Assembly: GCA_041740355.1 (NCBI GenBank)
Contig: JBGSMD010000038.1
Location: 32,001 to 96,000, forward strand
Origin: Bdellovibrionota bacterium
GTDB taxonomy: Bacteria; Bdellovibrionota_C; UBA2361; CALJRW01
Direction: 5' to 3'
Length of the DNA: 64,000 bases
Position 1 is the stretch's first letter; every line of letters starts with the position of its first letter. Shown here one piece after another: positions 57,683 to 64,000 of the stretch. A program made the translations under genes and the position numbers. The notes under the pieces were generated by a model, which saw only the letters and a list, made by a program, of their open reading frames with translations, had not been told where the DNA came from and did no database searches.

Positions 57683-57886
57683 TCGGTTTTACTGAAAGAC
57701 AAGAAAAAGCTACTAAAAATATTAAGATAAATAGCTATCATCAAGTGAGATTATTAGATTAAGGAAATCGTGCAAGCGCGACAAGCGGAGGTTTTACACC
57801 AATTACCCAAAACAGATTTAGAAAATCGTCGAAGACAAAGGGAACTGCTGGAAGAAATTAAGAATAGGGTCAAAATTTAAGAGTTA

Positions 57887-59890
57887 CTAATCGAAAACAT
57901 TCTTACCATTCATTTTCTTTGGTGTTTCAATACCAAAAGCTTTAAGAATACTTGGCCCCATATCCCAAAGTCCTGGATTTTTTGAGGTACAAGTTTTATT
58001 GGTCAAGATCATCCCAGGCACAACCATTGGATCAGAACAATGATCCGAAGCCCATTTGTCTTTACGGTCAGTGACAATCTCTTTGGGGAATTTACCCAAG
58101 ACAGCTTCGTCAGAAATTCTGTAACCACGATGATAACCGATCACTAGATCGGGAGCAGAACCAGCAAAGTCACCGGAATAGATCTTTTGGGAGTCATAAG
58201 CAGCAGTAATAATTGGCTGGTTATTTAGCGGATCGACAACTGTGGAAAGTTTACTAATAATCCTTTCTTTAATTGCCTGCACTTGCTCCTGTGCAACTGA
58301 GCCATTTTTTTCACGGCCTTTAACGTTGATATAAAGTCCATTAATTCCCAATGCATAGGCTTGAGTCTTTTCCCAATCAACACAAGAATATACCTCAGCC
58401 GACTCCATATCTTTTGGGTCGTAGACAGAAGTAAAGCCTTCATTTACTAACCATGTACTCAAATTGAATTCTCTGGTGAAAGGCGCAAACCCGTGATCGG
58501 AAAGTGCCATCAACATGGTAGAACTATCCACTTTCGATAATGCTTGTTGCAGAACATCATCCATTGCTTGATAGAAATACCGAATAGCATTCTTCGTTTC
58601 CGGACTTCCATTCTCAACATATAAGGGATGAGTTGGATCCATCAAACGAGAGAGCATATGCTGAGTTTGATCTGTTGTTGAAAAATAGAAGTAGAACAAT
58701 CCTTCATGGAAATTTTTAAGCTGATACTCAAATAAACTGAGCGATTCCTGCAAAACAATCTTAGCATGCTCCAAATACTCATCATCAGAGAAAATACCTG
58801 TTGATAGTACCTTACTATCAGTTGGAAAACCTTGAGTATAAAATCGACCGACTGCTGTTGCTAAGTCGCTAGCGTATTCCGCCGGGCCAGAAATTGGAAG
58901 CGCTTGGTCGAGTGGATCAATGTTAATTGGTGATACGTAAAGCTTGAAATTAGGATGAATTTCTTGCGCGTAAAAACGCACCATTCCTGGAGCTGAAGCT
59001 AAATGGGGAATTAATTCAAATTTAAGCGGAACCCAAGAAGACCACTCACCTTGGCGCAAAACTAAATCTTGTCCTTGAACATTAATTCTTAAAACTTTTT
59101 CATGCGCATCGCGGTGAACAATTAGCTCTACGGTCGTAGCACGACCATCAGTTCGAAAACTATTTTGGGGACCAGGCAAGACTGTTTTAAAAACGTTATC
59201 TGAACCGCGTACTCTAATTACTCTTGCTCCGGTAAACTTGTCAGAACCTGGATAAGGCTGATCAGAAAACAAAGTGCATGTCCCATATGATCCTAACAGA
59301 TCTGGTGTTCCCATTCCGCTAATCATCCGGGCGCCTGACTCGACGATTGGAAAATTAGAAGGAATCTGACAGATAGTGGCCGGAATATCCTGTTCTGTTA
59401 AATAATTCCAGAAAGGTATTCCCTTCCGCATTAAATCCACTCTTCCCCCACTTAGCGGAATATTCCAATCTCCAACCTGATAAGTTTTTTCAGCATCGTA
59501 ACTTCGAGTAGTTGACATGTAGGGACTAAAGCTTGCAGGATCACGATGGACGAAATCATAAATACCTGTTCCACCTGGATTTGTACCATTGATAAAACTA
59601 GCCCAGGCAACTGGACTTTGCGGTGGCATTGTTGACTGTAGCTCACCAAAATGTCCACCTTTCTCCATTACTTTTTTAAAGGTTGGTAAATAACCTTCAG
59701 CAATAAATTTACGAATTAAATTCGGATCCATTCCATCAAAGCCAAGTACAATTGCCTTGCGAGCAATCTTATTGTTGCGGATGTGGGGAAACTTAGCGAA
59801 GGCTGAGCCTGGGGTCATCACACTACTCGCCGCTCCAACAGCTAAGCTAGCAGCGGTTCCTTTAATAAATTGACGGCGAGTAATTCCCAT
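57887..59890 (-). CDS. Tat-exported nucleotide pyrophosphatase/phosphodiesterase-type (AP superfamily) protein
   Basis: TRRQFIK twin-arginine signal; LGFDGMD, PPQSPVAW, DQTQH, SDHGF, APDL and DH motifs. Confidence 0.85.
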   Translation of the reverse strand: MGITRRQFIKGTAASLAVGAASSVMTPGSAFAKFPHIRNNKIARKAIVLGFDGMDPNLIRKFIAEGYLPTFKKVMEKGGHFGELQSTMPPQSPVAWASFINGTNPGGTGIYDFVHRDPASFSPYMSTTRSYDAEKTYQVGDWNIPLSGGRVDLMRKGIPFWNYLTEQDIPATICQIPSNFPIVESGARMISGMGTPDLLGSYGTCTLFSDQPYPGSDKFTGARVIRVRGSDNVFKTVLPGPQNSFRTDGRATTVELIVHRDAHEKVLRINVQGQDLVLRQGEWSSWVPLKFELIPHLASAPGMVRFYAQEIHPNFKLYVSPINIDPLDQALPISGPAEYASDLATAVGRFYTQGFPTDSKVLSTGIFSDDEYLEHAKIVLQESLSLFEYQLKNFHEGLFYFYFSTTDQTQHMLSRLMDPTHPLYVENGSPETKNAIRYFYQAMDDVLQQALSKVDSSTMLMALSDHGFAPFTREFNLSTWLVNEGFTSVYDPKDMESAEVYSCVDWEKTQAYALGINGLYINVKGREKNGSVAQEQVQAIKERIISKLSTVVDPLNNQPIITAAYDSQKIYSGDFAGSAPDLVIGYHRGYRISDEAVLGKFPKEIVTDRKDKWASDHCSDPMVVPGMILTNKTCTSKNPGLWDMGPSILKAFGIETPKKMNGKNVFD

Positions 59891-60747
59891 TATTTAAACT
59901 TCCCTTCGACTTTAAAGATTTCAAAAACTTTTTCATGCATAATTGGACCATGTCCAAAGTAGCCATCTTCCCCAAAGCACTCCCCATGATCAGACATTAC
60001 CTGCACGTAAGTATTTTCAGGAACTTTTTCATAGAGCTTTTCAAATAAGCCATCTAAATATTCAATATTATTTTGCTGTTTGGCTTTTAGTGACAACATT
60101 TTATCCATGTGAAAAAACTTATCTCCACCATGATCTACTGCTTGCGCCGGAGCAGAATTTCCAGCAACAAAGTCATCCATATGTTTAAAAATTCCGTGCA
60201 TCCCATGAATGATTGGCAAATCATTCCCTTCCCCAGGAAGAGTGTAGGGATAATGTGTCTCACCAATATTTAATAAATAAAACTGTGGGACATCTGGTTC
60301 AAAAATCATGGCATCAATAATCGCGTTAAAATCATTGTGTTTATCCATTAATTGAAAGCGATCAAAGTGAGTATTAACAACAGTAGTAGGATTTAAAACC
60401 GGCATCGAAACTAAAGCATTTGTTTTATAGCCTTGGCTTTTAAGAAACGCTGGTAAAGACAAACGTGGCACAAAACCTTTAAATGAAATATCAGGAATAT
60501 TTAAACGGTCGCCCCAGTTTTCAAAATCTTTCTTGTAAACTTCAGATGCAAAAACCCCTTTTGGACTTGTGTGTGGGCCAGCGCCCATTAAGTAGACAAG
60601 ATGAGAAGGAAATGTCCAGCTAGCAAAGGAATAGCATTTTTGTGTTTCACCTAAGCGTGAAATGTTCGGAGTATTAGCCGCCAGAAATGTATCAAATCGA
60701 CAAGAATCGAAAGTGATCATGATAAAGTTATTCTTCACATTAGACAT
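59890..60747 (-). CDS. sulfatase-like metalloenzyme (AP superfamily)
   Basis: FDSCRFD, SWTFPSH, ETHYPY and SDHGECFGE.G..GH motifs; no signal peptide. Confidence 0.82.
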   Translation of the reverse strand: MSNVKNNFIMITFDSCRFDTFLAANTPNISRLGETQKCYSFASWTFPSHLVYLMGAGPHTSPKGVFASEVYKKDFENWGDRLNIPDISFKGFVPRLSLPAFLKSQGYKTNALVSMPVLNPTTVVNTHFDRFQLMDKHNDFNAIIDAMIFEPDVPQFYLLNIGETHYPYTLPGEGNDLPIIHGMHGIFKHMDDFVAGNSAPAQAVDHGGDKFFHMDKMLSLKAKQQNNIEYLDGLFEKLYEKVPENTYVQVMSDHGECFGEDGYFGHGPIMHEKVFEIFKVEGKFK

Positions 60748-60815
60748 ATTTTTCCTTTATAAACCGAACGTCAATCTTTGCATCAAAGACGAAAAATTCA
60801 AGGTCAGCAATTACT

Positions 60816-61625
60816 TTAAATAGCAACACCAAGATACTTACTGACTACAATCCCCGAAATCATCGAGAAGATAAGAAAGAAAATTAACCAGTTTGTTTCA
60901 AAAAATCCGAGACTATAAAGCTGCTCTGGATAATTTATGGTTAAACTTTTTACATAAGGTATGCTCGCTGGGCCTGCCGGATATAGTAATTTGTCAGACC
61001 AAGAACTTTGCCAAACGGCTCCTACATTATTCACTCCCGTTCCAATAAATAATGTTTTTGGTAAATTAAAATCTGCAATTTGGAAATTTACCTTTTGGTC
61101 ACCAGCATCCGTTGTTTTAATTTTCCAAAAAATCTGCTTAGTAGATGGAATTCTAACTGGTGGAGTAATATCAAGCCCAACAGGTGCATCTAACTTTACT
61201 TCATAAAGTTTACTAGCATCAGTTAAGGTCATCTGGACAATAGCTTCAGATTTAGAATCCAAAGACTTTGTAGCATACTGTTCATTTAGTTCTGATAATA
61301 ACAGAATACAAGGAACAGCAAGAATTAAAACTGGGAAGATTGCTAGGGTAAAATATCTTGCCCCATAAAAGAGCATCTTCCCTTGAGCTTTTAATGTTAA
61401 CCAAACATCATGTCGAAAAAGGATTGATTCTAAAAGTGATGCATAGATCTTGCCCTTCACATAGCGAATCTTTTTTTGATTAGAAACTTTTCCGTAGATC
61501 CAGAGTAACCCCATTCCTGCGAGTACAGAAATGGCGAATAAGCCAAGCCACACTGGTAATAAAGTAAATGGCCAAACTAAAAAAGCAACAATTTGGTTAA
61601 TGAATGTTAGTAACTTTGCTCCCAT
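60816..61625 (-). CDS. membrane protein of unknown function
   Basis: TM helices flanking SNQKKI and a soluble loop. Confidence 0.75.
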   Translation of the reverse strand: MGAKLLTFINQIVAFLVWPFTLLPVWLGLFAISVLAGMGLLWIYGKVSNQKKIRYVKGKIYASLLESILFRHDVWLTLKAQGKMLFYGARYFTLAIFPVLILAVPCILLLSELNEQYATKSLDSKSEAIVQMTLTDASKLYEVKLDAPVGLDITPPVRIPSTKQIFWKIKTTDAGDQKVNFQIADFNLPKTLFIGTGVNNVGAVWQSSWSDKLLYPAGPASIPYVKSLTINYPEQLYSLGFFETNWLIFFLIFSMISGIVVSKYLGVAI

Positions 61626-61636
61626 GGAATCTTATG

Positions 61637-61852
61637 CTATTCCAAATAACCTAAACCTTTCAGTTTATTTGTAATGTCATCAATCTGGTCCTGGGATAAA
61701 TCACCCTTGGCAGTTTCAGTAAGAACGTTATCTGCGGCGGCTTCTAAAACTTGCAGAGCAAACTCTTCCATCGAAGAACATTTCTTAACTTGAGCAGCAA
61801 CAGTCAACTTATCAAAGAGAGTGTTGTCGATTTTGATTGATTTCTTAAACAT
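61637..61852 (-). CDS. small protein with RHH-like N-terminus and C-terminal LKGLGY motif
   Basis: SIKIDNTLFDKL...; ends KLKGLGYLE; first gene of the operon. Confidence 0.72.
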   Translation of the reverse strand: MFKKSIKIDNTLFDKLTVAAQVKKCSSMEEFALQVLEAAADNVLTETAKGDLSQDQIDDITNKLKGLGYLE

Positions 61853-61885
61853 ATTAATACCAATTTATAGCTATTTTATGTGCAA

Positions 61886-61914
61886 AGCCTAGCTTTTTTT
61901 GTGCTAATTGGCAA
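61886..61914 (-). promoter_or_regulatory. putative sigma70 promoter of the 61852-57887 operon
   Basis: TTGCCA-17 bp-TAGGCT; spacer resembles that of the rRNA promoter. Confidence 0.5.
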
Positions 61915-62093
61915 TAAGTCAGCATAGGTAAACACAAATCACAATTCTCAATAAATGAACTATATCTGTTTGATTTTACTGGCACTTATATGTACTGAAT
62001 AAAATGGACAGATTGAATCATCAAAGTATTAAAGTATGCAACTTGTACTCGATAAATTGCTAAGTTAAGTACACAAAAATCTAGAGATCTCTT

Positions 62094-64000
62094 ATGTTAA
62101 ACGAAATAAATACCATACCACCTGAAATCCAAAAAGCACTTTGCCCAGAATCACAAGCAAGTTTAGTTTGTTCTGGTAACAAGCTAGTTCACGGGCAATT
62201 AGTTTATATACCTCAATCTCACAATGTTAATGGTATGCAATTTGCAGAACAGTTAATTATTGGGGAAGTTCAAGGGAGAATATTACGCCAGTTGGAGATG
62301 CTTGGGATAAATGAAATTTTTGCTGAAGGCCATTCGCAAGACCTAGTTCATACCGACCTTCCCCAAGAGCTACAATCGTGCAGTCTAGTCCAGGCAATAC
62401 TTCCAGAGACCTTTAGTAATGACGAACGGATCCTCTTATGTACTTATGGTGCCAGCAGGATTTATTGTGCTAGACATGACGATGTTACTATTCGAGCAAC
62501 TGAAGACTATGAATTAAGTCATATTTCAAATCGAGAATATCGTAGACAATTTAAGAATCCTCAAAGACACTCCAAATTTGTCATGGACGAGCGGGAGAAA
62601 ACAGCTATTACTAAAGTACTTGCCAACTACGCACCTCAAAAGATTTTAATTTATGGAAGAGCCCATGACTTTAAAACACATCTCGAGTTAATTCCAAGAA
62701 ATGATCGTCCAGAAACTACCGAGATTAGCGTATTTCCTACATCACCTACTTCCTCCTGGAGAGACCTTACACCCATGGCCGACACAACCCTTCAATTGCA
62801 AAACTCATCCAATGATGAAAAATTTGAAGTAGATTTGATCACCAGAATTCCAGCAATAGACTTCCAGATCTTTAAGATTTTAAAAACTGACACTGCTCGG
62901 TTAATTGGACTGACAAAACTAGTCTTTGATAATTCAAGCTTAGACTCATTAGATGTTGTGGTTGCAAGGATATCCGAACACTTGCAAAATGTGGAAGCAG
63001 GCTTAGATGTAGTAAATAAATTACAAGAAATGAGCCAAGCACTACTCGGACCTTTTAGTTCCTTTACCCCACTTAGATCAACTACAGATAAAATTCATGA
63101 TTCAAAGTCTGTATCTACATTAGATTTTCAAAATCTTATTTATAGTGAATGGCATATCCCAACGCAAACATATTTAATTGAAAAAGCACCCTTAATTAAC
63201 ATTAAACTTGCCCCATTAATTGACGGTGACAAGGGGCGTAAAATTGCACTGCAAAAACTTATTGCCAAAAAAGGTATCTCTCCGGCAATCCCTGATGGAA
63301 GTTCTGTAAAAGACTACCTAAATTCTATTTGGTCCTCCCAAGGTTTCGTTGACCAAGCATTTCAAGAGATGAGTGGTATTTTCTCTTTTCTTGAAGGCGG
63401 AAGTAATCACTTAATTGACAAAAGCATTCTTACCGAGGACCACTCAATTCTAGTTTGCAATTTTCCAGTTAGAATTGAGGTGTGGCTTTCGCTAGCTACA
63501 CTCAAAGTAGAAGACGAAGATATGCTATTTCTTGGCCATGAGGTTAATAATCTTAGCGATCTAAAGAATAAGTATGACGACAATAGAACGATCACTCCCT
63601 TAAACTCGTACCTGTTATTAATGAATTCCTACCTTAAAGTAAGTACCTTCTGTGAACTAGATACCTTATTAAACTCCACAGAAATCCTACCTTGTGACTT
63701 ATTTTCACATAAAGATGAATTATATCAAATGTTTTCAAACCTTACGCATCCTAATTTGACAACAACTGAGAACCTAGAAAGTAAACAGTTACTTAAGATT
63801 TTACACGAGGAAAATAAGGGGATTTTTAAAAATCTTTGCGAGCGCTCAGATGTTACTTGGAACTGGGAAGATCTTAAATCTATGGATTCCAAAAATATCT
63901 CTTCATTAATAACATGGGAAGATCATCCACCAACCAGATACCGCCTAATTCAAGAAGCACAAGAAGTGGAAGATTCTCTCTTAATGAGTTCATTCTCCAT
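62094..64000 (+). CDS. large hypothetical protein running off the window (over 630 aa), N-terminal TIKI/EreA/ChaN-like motifs
   Basis: ATG at 62094 and no stop in my manual translation to 64000; YIPQSH, IFAEG, DERE and LIYGRAH motifs; missing from the ORF track. Confidence 0.75.
   Translation, partial: MLNEINTIPPEIQKALCPESQASLVCSGNKLVHGQLVYIPQSHNVNGMQFAEQLIIGEVQGRILRQLEMLGINEIFAEGHSQDLVHTDLPQELQSCSLVQAILPETFSNDERILLCTYGASRIYCARHDDVTIRATEDYELSHISNREYRRQFKNPQRHSKFVMDEREKTAITKVLANYAPQKILIYGRAHDFKTHLELIPRNDRPETTEISVFPTSPTSSWRDLTPMADTTLQLQNSSNDEKFEVDLITRIPAIDFQIFKILKTDTARLIGLTKLVFDNSSLDSLDVVVARISEHLQNVEAGLDVVNKLQEMSQALLGPFSSFTPLRSTTDKIHDSKSVSTLDFQNLIYSEWHIPTQTYLIEKAPLINIKLAPLIDGDKGRKIALQKLIAKKGISPAIPDGSSVKDYLNSIWSSQGFVDQAFQEMSGIFSFLEGGSNHLIDKSILTEDHSILVCNFPVRIEVWLSLATLKVEDEDMLFLGHEVNNLSDLKNKYDDNRTITPLNSYLLLMNSYLKVSTFCELDTLLNSTEILPCDLFSHKDELYQMFSNLTHPNLTTTENLESKQLLKILHEENKGIFKNLCERSDVTWNWEDLKSMDSKNISSLITWEDHPPTRYRLIQEAQEVEDSLLMSSFS

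Noticed and set aside
63407-63595. 62-aa minus-strand ORF
   Set aside because: Antisense to the long 62094-onward ORF.

Overview
AT-rich bacterial chromosomal window with a complete minus-strand rRNA operon (16S ~28100-26583, tRNA-free ITS, 23S ~25977-22540 carrying a ~350-nt intervening sequence and two expansion helices, 5S 22265-22154). Downstream of the 5S gene are two further 5'-truncated 5S-plus-terminator copies (20287-20423, 17974-18108) that bracket ~2-kb cargo segments (AAA/DUF4143-type ATPase, nucleotidyltransferase pair, hypotheticals), resembling an integration or cassette hotspot at 5S rRNA. The left arm encodes secreted Cys-rich and beta-propeller proteins, a DsbA-like protein, a pilin-like protein and an ADP-forming acyl-CoA ligase. 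The right arm (28.8-62 kb) is an envelope-modification region: many GT-C-like membrane transferases, a sulfotransferase, an arylsulfotransferase-like protein, alkaline-phosphatase-superfamily enzymes, ChrA and SLC13 transporters, a duplicated pilin pair, and a KamA/2x ATP-grasp/GNAT operon with a SET-domain gene upstream. A TA-flanked double-hairpin MITE occurs at least four times; one copy has a visible empty site in a duplicated segment, and another carries nested 30-bp REP-like units. Pseudogenes, frameshifts and local 3'-end duplications are common. All product calls come from motifs read by eye, not from database searches.
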